A DNA stretch of 64,000 bases from an uncultured Methanomassiliicoccales archaeon (GTDB lineage Archaea; Thermoplasmatota; Thermoplasmata; Methanomassiliicoccales; UBA472): NCBI GenBank assembly GCA_963732855.1, contig CAVTBB010000003.1, positions 285,790 through 349,789 of the forward strand, given 5' to 3'. Each line of letters begins with the position of its first letter. Positions within the stretch are counted from its first letter, which is position 1. Made by a program: the position numbers and the translations under genes. This document shows, one piece after another, positions 28,119 to 37,211 of the stretch. Under the pieces are notes generated by a model that saw only the letters and a list, made by a program, of their open reading frames with translations, was not told the DNA's origin and made no database searches.

Positions 28119-29441
28119 ATGAAACGGATCTCGCTTAATTCCCGCACGCTCGGCTCCGAGTTCGCCGGTTTCGAACGGGAGCTGATGCGACCGGATCGAC
28201 ATGCTGGCTGGGTCAAGTTCGTGGCCAGCGGCGTGATCAAGCTGAGACGTTCACCATTCTCCGAGCATTACTCCGACAGCTTCTACTACGTCCCCGAGGA
28301 CATCCAGCTCAACGAGGGGGAACTGGTCAATCTGAACGTAGGCCCGCTGCGATGGGCGGGGATCAAGATCGAGGACGGGTCTGTCTTTCCTTCCTACAAA
28401 GCTTCCTATCGTGAAGTGAGAAGCGCGGAGAAGGGCGTGCTCCGTATGCCCCGCCCCAGGATAGACGCTAAGGATTTCCAGTACTTCCTGACCGAGCAAT
28501 GGCGGGATGCGGAGTACGATGACCTGGGAAAATCCTTGGCGCTCCAGCTGCTATCCTGCCCGCCGGACGTCTACGGCAATGGCGGTATCGGTGCCCAGTC
28601 GATCTGCCTCTCGACCAAGAAGGGACCCCTTCTGGACCTAAGGTCGACGCTCAGGAACAGCCTGCCCATCGAGTTCACCGGCAAGAGCGACCTTTACCGG
28701 TTCGACATAATCGAGAAGGAAGAACAGACCGAGGCATTGCAGGAAAAGCTTGGCCAGACGTCGTCAAGGGAAACATCGTTCAATTTCCTTACGGTGATGA
28801 ACCCGGTGGCCGACCCGCTGCCTGTGCAGGTGCCGACCACGATCGTCAACGCGCACAAGATAGGGGTAGAGAAGGAAGCGAACCTGGATGTCTTGGAGTA
28901 TCTGCTTTATTCGCTCATGCTCCGCCCGGTGATCAAGCTCTCCGCCGTCAAGGAGATCGAGGCGGGTATGCGGCTGGTCAAGGAGCAGGTGGAGCCGGAA
29001 TCGGTGGAACTGGAACTGCCCATCGACCGATATGCCATAACAAAACTGGCGATGGCCATTTGTCGTCTAGAAGGCAAAGAGGAGATCGACGATTCTGCGT
29101 TCTCCAAGAGCAAGGAGACCTTCTTCCAGCTTTACCGCGAGTTCCTGGACACACGCAAGGACCATTTCAGACCGGGAAAAAGATCGTATGGGGGGAAGGG
29201 TGTGCGCTCACAGGTGGCAGGCCAGCTCGACGCCAACGACCTCATTCTACTATCCTACGTGCGCAAGATCTCAAGGCAGCTGGGAAAGGAATACGTCACC
29301 GTCCAGGATATCAAGGCAGAGCTGGGCAGGAAACGCTACCAACGATTTGACCTGGACCGTTCGCTGGAACGCCTAAACAACTTCGGAAGGGTGATCCGAA
29401 GCGAGAACATGAGCGCTTTCAAGCCCATCGACCTGGAATAA
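28119..29441 (+). CDS. hypothetical protein (possible C-terminal winged-helix)
   Basis: 440-aa ORF with protein-like composition, starting 1 nt after the purM stop. I did not recognise any catalytic motif. Confidence 0.5.
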   Translation: MKRISLNSRTLGSEFAGFERELMRPDRHAGWVKFVASGVIKLRRSPFSEHYSDSFYYVPEDIQLNEGELVNLNVGPLRWAGIKIEDGSVFPSYKASYREVRSAEKGVLRMPRPRIDAKDFQYFLTEQWRDAEYDDLGKSLALQLLSCPPDVYGNGGIGAQSICLSTKKGPLLDLRSTLRNSLPIEFTGKSDLYRFDIIEKEEQTEALQEKLGQTSSRETSFNFLTVMNPVADPLPVQVPTTIVNAHKIGVEKEANLDVLEYLLYSLMLRPVIKLSAVKEIEAGMRLVKEQVEPESVELELPIDRYAITKLAMAICRLEGKEEIDDSAFSKSKETFFQLYREFLDTRKDHFRPGKRSYGGKGVRSQVAGQLDANDLILLSYVRKISRQLGKEYVTVQDIKAELGRKRYQRFDLDRSLERLNNFGRVIRSENMSAFKPIDLE

Positions 29442-29455
29442 GAGAAGATGTCGTT

Positions 29456-30025
29456 CTAGTCCTTTTTCGTCCGGTCGTGGACCTTGTGCGCGATGACCGC
29501 TACGCACGCCCCGAGCGCTGTGCAGGTCTCCATCGAGAACTCGCCAAAGGTAATGTCCATGTGGTTGGGCGCCATATCGTGGATGTCCTTGGGGACGCCC
29601 TTCGGACCGGCCCCGAAGACCAGGCATATGCTCCTGCCGTTCAGCAGCATGTCGACCACCTCGTCCACCGAGCGCTTCTTCTTTTTGTCCGGGTTACAGG
29701 TCGTCAGAACGACCTCCCCGAGCTGCGGCTGGAAGCCTTTGCCCGGATAGGCGACGGTCGAAAATCGTCCCTTGGAGGTCACGTCCTTGAGGTAACTGCC
29801 GTCTTCGCCGATCGAAGTGGTCGTCGAGACCCAGTTGGCGATCTCCTGCGGCGTTGTCAGGTCCTGGGGGAACGGAAAGCCAAGCGTTACCAGGTTGCAG
29901 TCGAACGCCAAAGTCAATGGCCCCGCTCTTGCCAGGATGCGGCGGTGGGCCTCGCGGAAGTTGTTCGGGTCGTAGGAGTTGTAGATGGCGATTGTCGCCC
30001 GTCCAAGTCTGCGTGGTTCCTTCAT
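29456..30025 (-). CDS. SPOUT-like (DUF531-type) putative RNA methyltransferase
   Basis: 189 aa. The C-terminal trefoil-knot-like motifs are ICLVFGAGPKGVPKDI and FSMETCTALGA. The assignment is made from memory of the family. Confidence 0.4.
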   Translation of the reverse strand: MKEPRRLGRATIAIYNSYDPNNFREAHRRILARAGPLTLAFDCNLVTLGFPFPQDLTTPQEIANWVSTTTSIGEDGSYLKDVTSKGRFSTVAYPGKGFQPQLGEVVLTTCNPDKKKKRSVDEVVDMLLNGRSICLVFGAGPKGVPKDIHDMAPNHMDITFGEFSMETCTALGACVAVIAHKVHDRTKKD

Positions 30026-30073
30026 GATCGTCCTAGAATAAAGATGGAAACAGGCCCGGAGGCCTGAAGAAGT

Positions 30074-31156
30074 TTACTTCTTCTCGATGTTGAGCGATAC
30101 CTGCTTCACCGATGTGAGCATGTCCTCGTCCCAGGTGTTCTTCAGCCTCTTCCTGCCCTTCCATGCCCCGGACTGCAGGATGTAGCCGACCAGGAGAGAC
30201 AAACCGATCGACGCCTCGACATAGGCGACGGACTTGTTCGCGTCCCGGTTGATCTTGCCCCATGACTGTGCCTCCTCGAAGGTGCAGCCGGACAGCCCGC
30301 CCCACTGGGGTGCGTCCATGGTGATCTGGATGGCGTAGTGGTGGCCGCCCTTGTCGTAGCCCAACGTCTCCGCGATGACCTCGGTCTGCTGGATGAAGTT
30401 CTTGGGGACCCCGCCGCCAATGTAAATGACGCCGGTCTTCTCCGCTTTGATCTTCATCTGGGTCAGTTCCCAGTTGTCGCGGATCGGGTCCATGTGCATG
30501 AACGGCTTCTTAGCGGCGCGTGCCCTCTGGTACAGGCCGGTGAGACCGATGCCGATGCTCGAGTCATTGAGAGCCGGGACGAACATCGGGACACCGTACT
30601 TGCGGCAGTTATAGAGGATCGAGTTCTTGTCCTTGACATGGTCGCCGAGGACCTCCATGAACTCCCTGGACGAGTAGCCGCGGGGCTCCAGCTTCTCTGC
30701 TATGTCACCTATGACCGCGTCCGTTTCGCGGAACTTGTCCTCGTCGACCAAAGTGTCGTATATCCGGTCGACGAACAGCTCCCTGAGCGCCAGGTCGTCG
30801 ACCCGCGGGGAGGTCTTGTAATGTGAGTAACCTTGGGCCTGGTAGAAGTCCTGGTATGGTATGGCGCCGATGGTGACGATCCCGTCGACGATGCCGTACT
30901 TCACCATGTCCGCGATGACCTTCCTCAGACCAGCCGCTACCAGCGGTCCTGCCAGACCAAGTATTATGGTCGGCCTTGCGGGGTCCTTCAGCGCCTTCTC
31001 GTAAGCGATTCCGCAGGTGGCCAGGGCGCGACTCTGTATAGAGCTGTCCTTGTAGGCCTCCATCAGGTCCTTGACGGTCGAAATGTTGTCAAAGTCAATG
31101 TGCTTGACCTTCTCCTTCATCACAGTCTTCTTGGACACTTCGCTTTTCTTTGCCAA
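30074..31156 (-). CDS. dys: deoxyhypusine synthase
   Basis: 360 aa with LAGPLVAAGLR, IYIGGGVPKNF and ITMDAPQWGGLSGCTFEEAQSWGK. Confidence 0.9.
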   Translation of the reverse strand: MAKKSEVSKKTVMKEKVKHIDFDNISTVKDLMEAYKDSSIQSRALATCGIAYEKALKDPARPTIILGLAGPLVAAGLRKVIADMVKYGIVDGIVTIGAIPYQDFYQAQGYSHYKTSPRVDDLALRELFVDRIYDTLVDEDKFRETDAVIGDIAEKLEPRGYSSREFMEVLGDHVKDKNSILYNCRKYGVPMFVPALNDSSIGIGLTGLYQRARAAKKPFMHMDPIRDNWELTQMKIKAEKTGVIYIGGGVPKNFIQQTEVIAETLGYDKGGHHYAIQITMDAPQWGGLSGCTFEEAQSWGKINRDANKSVAYVEASIGLSLLVGYILQSGAWKGRKRLKNTWDEDMLTSVKQVSLNIEKK

Positions 31157-31227
31157 AGTTTAACCCCCGCTTACATAGGAATCTAGTATTTCAAACTTAA
31201 AGAATCACATCGATCGATGATGCGTTC

Positions 31228-31398
31228 TCACTGCTTTTCCGGCGCCTTTCTGGGCCGGCTGCATATTGCATAGTCATCGCCGTCAAAAAAGACGTCCAAT
31301 TCGGGGTGCTCGGCCTGGATCTCCTCGATCTTTTTGAGGACCTCGCGCAACGTGAAGTCGCTGTTCCTATCCAACTTTACGTGTACGCGTTTCTCCAT
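31228..31398 (-). CDS. small hypothetical protein (56 aa, below the ORF-track cutoff)
   Basis: MEKRVHVKLDRNSDFTLREVLKKIEEIQAEHPELDVFFDGDDYAICSRPRKAPEKQ*. GGAGTCGGAG lies directly upstream of the ATG. Confidence 0.35.
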   Translation of the reverse strand: MEKRVHVKLDRNSDFTLREVLKKIEEIQAEHPELDVFFDGDDYAICSRPRKAPEKQ

Positions 31399-31706
31399 CT
31401 CCGACTCCTGGCCAATGAGCCCAATTCCCTCTAAGATAGGTCGGAGAATATATATCCTTTTTTGGAGGTCGACCGAAAGTGGTGGAGTTTACCAGAGGAA
31501 CGTGTACATTGGATTGAACTGGCGCGGTAATGTTCCTCGGGACCGGATATCGACATGGACCCTTTTCCATCCTCGAATAATGCCTTGCCAGGTATGTTAA
31601 ATCCGCTGGACTGCATTATTATCCGTTTGTACTTCACGAGGAACATCTTATATAGATGGCTGGCGCGTCCTGAGTCTATTCAAGTTTCACCATATAGGGT
31701 TCAAAA

Positions 31707-33647
31707 ATGGCTGCTAGTAAGAAAGTAGACGCCGCCCAACAGGAGGTCCGTTTAGACCCTGGGCAATCCTCCGTCGATGCGAGCATAGTCTCTGGAGCCA
31801 ATGACGGAACGGACCTCAAATCCTGGTTGGAAGGAGGAGACGATTTTCTATCATGGTTGAACGAAGGTGCCGAGGAGCAGGCGGCCGCTGAGCACAAACA
31901 GGTGGCAGTGGTCGAGGCAAGCTCGGAGTACATAGCCGAGCTCAATGACCGGCTCAAGAAATACGAGGATGAACTGCGCCTCCTTAAGATGAAGCTGGCG
32001 GAAGCGTTCATGGACAATGCCTCAGAATCATCCAGCAAGGATGTGGAGGTCGACTTGGGCCGAAAACTGCAGGAGCTCATCGAGGCAAAGGACCGCCTGG
32101 GACTCGAGGTGGACCGGCTCCAGAAACTGAACGATGAGATCAAGCAGCACTTCCAGCAGTCACTCGTCAACGTTTCAGAGGACAAATCGTCCTTGCTCAT
32201 GAAAGAGATAGAGCTCAAGGAGAAGGAGTCTAAGCTACTGACCCGGGTGAGGGAACTTGAGCTCCGGCAACGCGAGGCATCAAGCTACACCTCGAAGGAG
32301 GTCGAGGCGAACCTGGAGGAGCGGTTCCACACCGAGCTCAGACAGAAGGAGACGGAATGGCGGTTCAAGGAACAGCAATTGCTCAACCGCATCCAGGACA
32401 TGGAGAAGGAGATGCTGAGGCTCTCCATGGACCTCAAGCTCAAGGACGACAAGCTCAAGATCTCCAATCTGGGCAAGCCAGACATCGAGAAGGCGATATC
32501 CCAGAAGTACGAAGAGCTGATGGTCAAGGAGAAGGAATCGGCCCTGATGGAGAGCGAACTGGATCAGATGAAGATCCAGATACGCGAGAAGGATGACGAG
32601 CTGAAGAAGATCAGGGATGTCGTCACGTACAAGGAGGACGAGCTGAACCGCCGAGAAGAGGACATGATGTACCGTGAGAAGGTACTCTCCGGCGAGAAGC
32701 GCAAGTTCGAGGAGACCCGGAAAGAACTCAGCGGCACCGACGAGGTGGAGCTGAAGAAGCGCATCGAGGAGCTCAGGAACGAGGTGCAGAAGAAGGAGGA
32801 GGACCTCCGCGCCAAGGAAAGGTTCCTGAACACCAAGGCCGAGGAGATCCGGATGCGCGAGTCCGGCCTGATCGAGGACGAGATCAAGGCGAGGGAGAAG
32901 GACCGGGTATTAGAGGCCACTCAGGCCAAGGTCAAGACCGGCAACACGAGGCTGGATGACCTGCTGCTGGGCGGAATACCGTTCGGTTCCAACATCATGG
33001 TCCACGGCCCACCGTTCGTCGGCAAGGAGATCATGGTCAATTCGTTCGTGGCGGAAGGTCTGAAGAAGGGAATTCCGGCGTTGTGGGTTATCACAGACAA
33101 GACCCCCAAGGACATACGCGAAGAGATGAAGTTCGTTTTGTCCGGGTACGATGAGTACGAAAGGAAGGGACTGGTCCGGTACATTGACGCGTTCTCCCGC
33201 TCCATGGGAGATGATTCCAAGGACGAGTACACCGTCTATATCGACGAGCCCACCGATCACGAGAAGATATCGGAGGCGGTCGAGACCATCACTAAGTCTT
33301 TCCGCGAGAGCCATGAATATTATCGCATGGCGTTCCGCTCCATTTCCACATTGATCGCCTACTCCGACCCGAACACTGCGTTCCGGTTCCTGTCCCCGCT
33401 GTGCGGAAAGCGCAAGCGCGACAAGGCCGTCTCCATGTTCACGGTGGAGAAGGGAATGCACGGCGAACAGGAGATTCAGATGCTCGGCTCGATCATGGAC
33501 GGGATGATCGACTTCAAGGTCGACCAGCTGAAGACGTTCTTCTCGGTGCAGGGTATCAGCGAAGTTCAGTCCCGTGCCTATATCCGATACACCGCGTCGA
33601 AGCACGCGCTGCAGATCGGCTCATTCGCCCTAGACCACATAAGGTAA
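31707..33647 (+). CDS. long coiled-coil protein fused to a C-terminal KaiC/RecA-like domain with an atypical Walker A
   Basis: Roughly aa 60-400 are heptad-rich and E/K/L-biased. The C-terminal domain reads LDDLLLGGIPFGSNIMVHGPPFVGKEIMVNSFVAEGLKKG. Its Walker A is GPPFVGKE, with Glu where Ser/Thr is expected. Confidence 0.65.
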   Translation: MAASKKVDAAQQEVRLDPGQSSVDASIVSGANDGTDLKSWLEGGDDFLSWLNEGAEEQAAAEHKQVAVVEASSEYIAELNDRLKKYEDELRLLKMKLAEAFMDNASESSSKDVEVDLGRKLQELIEAKDRLGLEVDRLQKLNDEIKQHFQQSLVNVSEDKSSLLMKEIELKEKESKLLTRVRELELRQREASSYTSKEVEANLEERFHTELRQKETEWRFKEQQLLNRIQDMEKEMLRLSMDLKLKDDKLKISNLGKPDIEKAISQKYEELMVKEKESALMESELDQMKIQIREKDDELKKIRDVVTYKEDELNRREEDMMYREKVLSGEKRKFEETRKELSGTDEVELKKRIEELRNEVQKKEEDLRAKERFLNTKAEEIRMRESGLIEDEIKAREKDRVLEATQAKVKTGNTRLDDLLLGGIPFGSNIMVHGPPFVGKEIMVNSFVAEGLKKGIPALWVITDKTPKDIREEMKFVLSGYDEYERKGLVRYIDAFSRSMGDDSKDEYTVYIDEPTDHEKISEAVETITKSFRESHEYYRMAFRSISTLIAYSDPNTAFRFLSPLCGKRKRDKAVSMFTVEKGMHGEQEIQMLGSIMDGMIDFKVDQLKTFFSVQGISEVQSRAYIRYTASKHALQIGSFALDHIR

Positions 33648-33698
33648 AGCAACTTGATCGAAAAGGAAAGGTTGAAACGGTCGCGATATCTCAAAGGA

Positions 33699-34133
33699 CT
33701 ACGCGACCTCAACACCACTTCCCGGTTTTATCGTGCCTTTCTTCTGCACATTGATGTGGGGCAGGGGGAAAGGCGGGGGAAGCTTGATGTCCCTGGCAAC
33801 CAGGAGCGCGGTGGGCAGGCAGTTCGAAACGATGGTGTTGTGAACGACGTTCGCATCGTCCACCGGCATCGAGCCGTCCTTGGCCCATTCCGTCATGATG
33901 GCGTTAGCGTTTCCATCGCCGATTATTTGGCCTTCTATCTTGATGAAGCCCATCCCGGCATAGTTGGCGGTGAAACGGAAATCAACGGAGATGGTCTCGT
34001 CCGAAACCCTCACCACCTGGGTAATGCTACTGTTCTGATCGATGCGGATGTTGGCGATGCGTTCCCCTGCTTTGGAGAAACGTTTTGCCTCGATGACACT
34101 CATCTCGAAGGACTTGACCTGCATATTAACCAT
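33699..34133 (-). CDS. hypothetical protein
   Basis: Start placed at MVNMQVKSFEMS. Composition is protein-like. The overlapping plus-strand ORF 33654..34304 runs through the tRNA and looks like a shadow ORF. Confidence 0.5.
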   Translation of the reverse strand: MVNMQVKSFEMSVIEAKRFSKAGERIANIRIDQNSSITQVVRVSDETISVDFRFTANYAGMGFIKIEGQIIGDGNANAIMTEWAKDGSMPVDDANVVHNTIVSNCLPTALLVARDIKLPPPFPLPHINVQKKGTIKPGSGVEVA

Positions 34134-34198
34134 GCACCTTATCGGTGCGGGCGATATCAAACCTTTGTTGCTATACTAAAGAAGCAAATGAAAAGGAG

Positions 34199-34271
34199 TG
34201 CCGCAGGCCGGGCTCGAACCAGCGACTTCAAGGTCTTCAGCCTTGCACTCTCCCAGCTGAGTTACTGCGGC
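34199..34271 (-). tRNA. tRNA-Phe (anticodon GAA), no encoded CCA
   Basis: Minus strand: GCCGCAG-TA-ACTC-AGCTGGGA-GAGT-G-CAAGG-CTGAAGA-CCTTG-AAGTC-GCTGG-TTCGAGC-CCGGC-CTGCGGC-A. The cloverleaf folds fully by hand (73 nt). Confidence 0.9.
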
Positions 34272-34297
34272 TTGGCGGTCAGAGAAAGTGGAATACC

Positions 34298-34305
34298 ATT
34301 ATAAA
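34298..34305 (-). promoter_or_regulatory. putative archaeal TATA box for tRNA-Phe
   Basis: Minus strand AACCTTTATAATGG lies 27 nt upstream of tRNA position 1. It closely resembles the element upstream of tRNA-Thr. Confidence 0.5.
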
Positions 34306-34451
34306 GGTTGGCATGACAGTGTTCCAGGTACACGGAATGGTTACCCCGCCGCATCGTAGTAAATTAGGCGCGCGTTCGGAACGGGCGGGCAGATAGAAAT
34401 ATCGTCCAGTCTTCGCCCATGATTTCACAATTAGCCAGTCATCTCATAACG

Positions 34452-34459
34452 TTTAAATA
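34452..34459 (+). promoter_or_regulatory. putative TATA box for the pilus-like operon
   Basis: AACGTTTAAATACT lies about 45 nt upstream of ATG 34503. TGAGGAACC sits just before the ATG. Confidence 0.4.
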
Positions 34460-34502
34460 CTCACGACCCGCTCCTTTCACGATACGATTTTGAGGAACCA
34501 GC

Positions 34503-35474
34503 ATGGTCAAAATTGGCTTTAGAAAAAGGATTCTGAGCAAATCAAGTCGGGCACGATGCTTACGCCGGGACCAAGAGGGAGTAGCTTCGGTCATCGGCAC
34601 GATCATGGCCCTGCTGATCTTCCTAACTTTCATGTCCATGTTCGTAAACACCTACATCCCGATTTGGATGAAGGAGAACGAACGCCTGCATATGAACGAG
34701 GTGCAGAACCAGATGGGCGAGATCAAGGGGAAGGTCGACAACCTGATAGTCAACGCTCAGGTCACCGGGACTAGCATGGTCACCACCTACCAGCCGTTGA
34801 CCCTGGGTGCGGATGGGATACCCCTGTTCGCTTCGCCCACTGCGGGTGCGATCGTCCTGAAACCGAGTGGTACAAGCACCACTGGGACTAGCATCTCCTT
34901 CAACTACACGTCAAACGCCGCAAAGGTCATGTTCAATGAGACCGGGGGCGGAAAGCTGGAGTTCTATGCGCCTAACCGTTACTACGTTGGCCAGTGGCTG
35001 GCATATGAGAACGGCGCCCTTATCGTCAAGCAGGACGCGGGGGAGGCCATGAAGGCCGCTCCATCCCTGACCCTGACAAAGAACAACAACATGGTCAACA
35101 TCGAGTTCACCCAGATCGACATCGTCGGTACCAACTCCACGATGGCCGGGACCGGGATCGCCGGGGTCAACATCAACCTGATCTACCTGGACACGCAGAT
35201 GTATGAGCCCCATTGGGCGGAGGGCGGGGCAGCCCAGAACACCACCGTCTTCAGCTTCAATACCGTTTATAGTGTGGCATACATGGACTTCATGAACAAG
35301 ACGATCGCGGCAGCCACGCCCCAGGGCAGCCCAAACCCCCTGGTAGCTGGTACAGATTACGTCCTGACGGACACCACCCTGCCGAACAAGTCCCACATGA
35401 TCACCCTTAAGATCATCAACACGGGAACGCTGACGCTCAGCCGCGCCTTCGTCCAGGTTGACATCAATGTTTAA
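34503..35474 (+). CDS. archaeal type IV pilin-like protein (class III signal peptide)
   Basis: The N-terminus reads ...RRDQEG|VASVIGTIMALLIFLTFMSMFVNTYIPIWM. This is a basic segment, Gly, and then a hydrophobic helix typical of prepilin-peptidase substrates. The rest is Thr/Asn-rich and looks extracellular, with N-x-S/T sites. Confidence 0.65.
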   Translation: MVKIGFRKRILSKSSRARCLRRDQEGVASVIGTIMALLIFLTFMSMFVNTYIPIWMKENERLHMNEVQNQMGEIKGKVDNLIVNAQVTGTSMVTTYQPLTLGADGIPLFASPTAGAIVLKPSGTSTTGTSISFNYTSNAAKVMFNETGGGKLEFYAPNRYYVGQWLAYENGALIVKQDAGEAMKAAPSLTLTKNNNMVNIEFTQIDIVGTNSTMAGTGIAGVNINLIYLDTQMYEPHWAEGGAAQNTTVFSFNTVYSVAYMDFMNKTIAAATPQGSPNPLVAGTDYVLTDTTLPNKSHMITLKIINTGTLTLSRAFVQVDINV

Positions 35475-35486
35475 TGAGGTTCCAGA

Positions 35487-37211
35487 ATGACGACAGAAGC
35501 AGATCCAATTGCTCGGGGCGGCAGGAGGCAGGAGCTGTCCAGAGAGAGCACCATGGAGAAGGCGAAGGAAGGCTACCTGCGCTTCCTTAAGAAGGTCGCC
35601 CCGAACCGCGGCATCAAGGTTATGCTATCCGCCAAGACAGTGGCGCAGAAACGTCTCCAGAAGGGTTCCCATGTCACAGACATCCCGCCGCTCAAGAGCT
35701 CTGCCATCGAGGTCCTAGAGACCTATCCCGTCAAGGAACCGTACAGCTACATCAGGATCACGTTCAACAATGAGAACAGCGAATATCTCTACGAGGTCAT
35801 CGAGCCGGAACTGAACCGGGAAGAAAAGGACCTGCTGGCCCTGATCAAGGACACCTTGCAGCGCACCCTCGGCTACGAGTGGGAGAAGCTGACCTCGCTG
35901 GACAAGGAAGAGTACCTCCGGGAGAGCGTGGACTCGTTCGTGCAGACAAGGGGCATCAAGGTCGAGCCGATAACCAAGAAGAAGCTCGGCTACTACATCA
36001 TCAGGGATTTCGTCGGCCATGGCGTGATCGACGTCATGATGAACGACGACGACATCGAGGATATCTCCTGCGACGGTTACAACATACCGATCTTCATCTC
36101 CCACCGGAAGTATGAGTCAGTGCGGTCTAACATCATATTTGACAACGAGGATTCGCTTAACAACTTCGTTGTGACGCTATCGCAGAGGAGCGGAAAACAG
36201 ATCTCGGTTTCGAGCCCGATCCTGGACGGCACGACCATCGAGGGTCACCGGGTCCAGGCGACATATTCTAGGGAGGTCACCACCCGAGGGTCGACCTTTA
36301 CCATCAGACGTTTCAAGCACCGCCCGTTCACCCCGGTGGACCTGCTGAAGTACAAGACAGTCTCCCCGGAGATGATGGCCTACCTTTGGCTGGGAGTCGA
36401 GAACGGGGAATCGATGATCCTGTGCGGGGGGACGGCGTCCGGCAAGACGTCCGCCTTGAACTCGCTGGCACTGTTCATCCCGCCGGGAGCCAAGATCGTC
36501 ACCATGGAAGATACCAGGGAGATTAACCTGCCCCATGAGAACTGGATCCCGGGAATGACCCGTACCGGGGTCGGCGAGAAGGACCGGGACGGAAAGTCGG
36601 CCGGTGAGATCGACATGTTCGACCTGGTGCGTGCCGCCCTGAGGCAACGTCCTAACTACATCATCGTTGGAGAGGTCAGGGGAAAGGAGACCTACATAAT
36701 GTTCCAGGCGATGGCGACCGGGCATTCGACCTATTCGACCATGCATGCCGATTCTGTCAAGTCCATGGTGAACAGGCTGGAGAACCCGCCCATCAACTGC
36801 CCCAGGATCCTGCTTACCGCTCTTCGCAACGTTTTGATCCAGGCACAAGTGCGGGTCGGGAACGACCTGGTGCGTCGGATGAAGCAGGTCATCGAGATCG
36901 TCGGATTTGAGCCAGAGACGAACGAGCTCATTACCAACACCGTCTATGAATGGGACCAAGCCACGGACCGATTCATCTACAAAGGTCACTCCTTCCTGTT
37001 CGACAAGATCATGGAAATGAAGTCGCTCACGCACGATGAGATGATGACGGAGTTCCAGAAGCGCATCGAGATCGTCAATTACATGGTGTTCAAGGACATG
37101 ATAGACTATCGCAAGATCTGGGCCATCACCAATGCTTATTACAAGGATCCTGAGAAGACGCTTGCCCGGATAAGGAAGGACACAGAGGAGGCTGGCAAGA
37201 ATGTCGCCTGA
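35487..37211 (+). CDS. FlaI/ArlI/TadA-family type IV filament assembly ATPase, copy 1
   Basis: 574 aa. Walker A GGTASGKTSALNSL and Walker B-region IIVGEVRGKE. A FlaI-type N-terminal domain is present (YLYEVIEPELNREEKDLL). Confidence 0.85.
   Translation: MTTEADPIARGGRRQELSRESTMEKAKEGYLRFLKKVAPNRGIKVMLSAKTVAQKRLQKGSHVTDIPPLKSSAIEVLETYPVKEPYSYIRITFNNENSEYLYEVIEPELNREEKDLLALIKDTLQRTLGYEWEKLTSLDKEEYLRESVDSFVQTRGIKVEPITKKKLGYYIIRDFVGHGVIDVMMNDDDIEDISCDGYNIPIFISHRKYESVRSNIIFDNEDSLNNFVVTLSQRSGKQISVSSPILDGTTIEGHRVQATYSREVTTRGSTFTIRRFKHRPFTPVDLLKYKTVSPEMMAYLWLGVENGESMILCGGTASGKTSALNSLALFIPPGAKIVTMEDTREINLPHENWIPGMTRTGVGEKDRDGKSAGEIDMFDLVRAALRQRPNYIIVGEVRGKETYIMFQAMATGHSTYSTMHADSVKSMVNRLENPPINCPRILLTALRNVLIQAQVRVGNDLVRRMKQVIEIVGFEPETNELITNTVYEWDQATDRFIYKGHSFLFDKIMEMKSLTHDEMMTEFQKRIEIVNYMVFKDMIDYRKIWAITNAYYKDPEKTLARIRKDTEEAGKNVA

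Noticed and set aside
31399-31706. A structured ncRNA in the 300-bp AT-rich gap upstream of the coiled-coil/KaiC-like gene (7-bp inverted repeat GAGGAAC...GTTCCTC at about 31493-31537)
   Set aside because: It is a single short stem with a 31-nt loop. I recognised no known RNA family signature. The region also contains TATA-like boxes for the two divergent genes (31448-31458 and about 31646-31656), which is sufficient to explain it.
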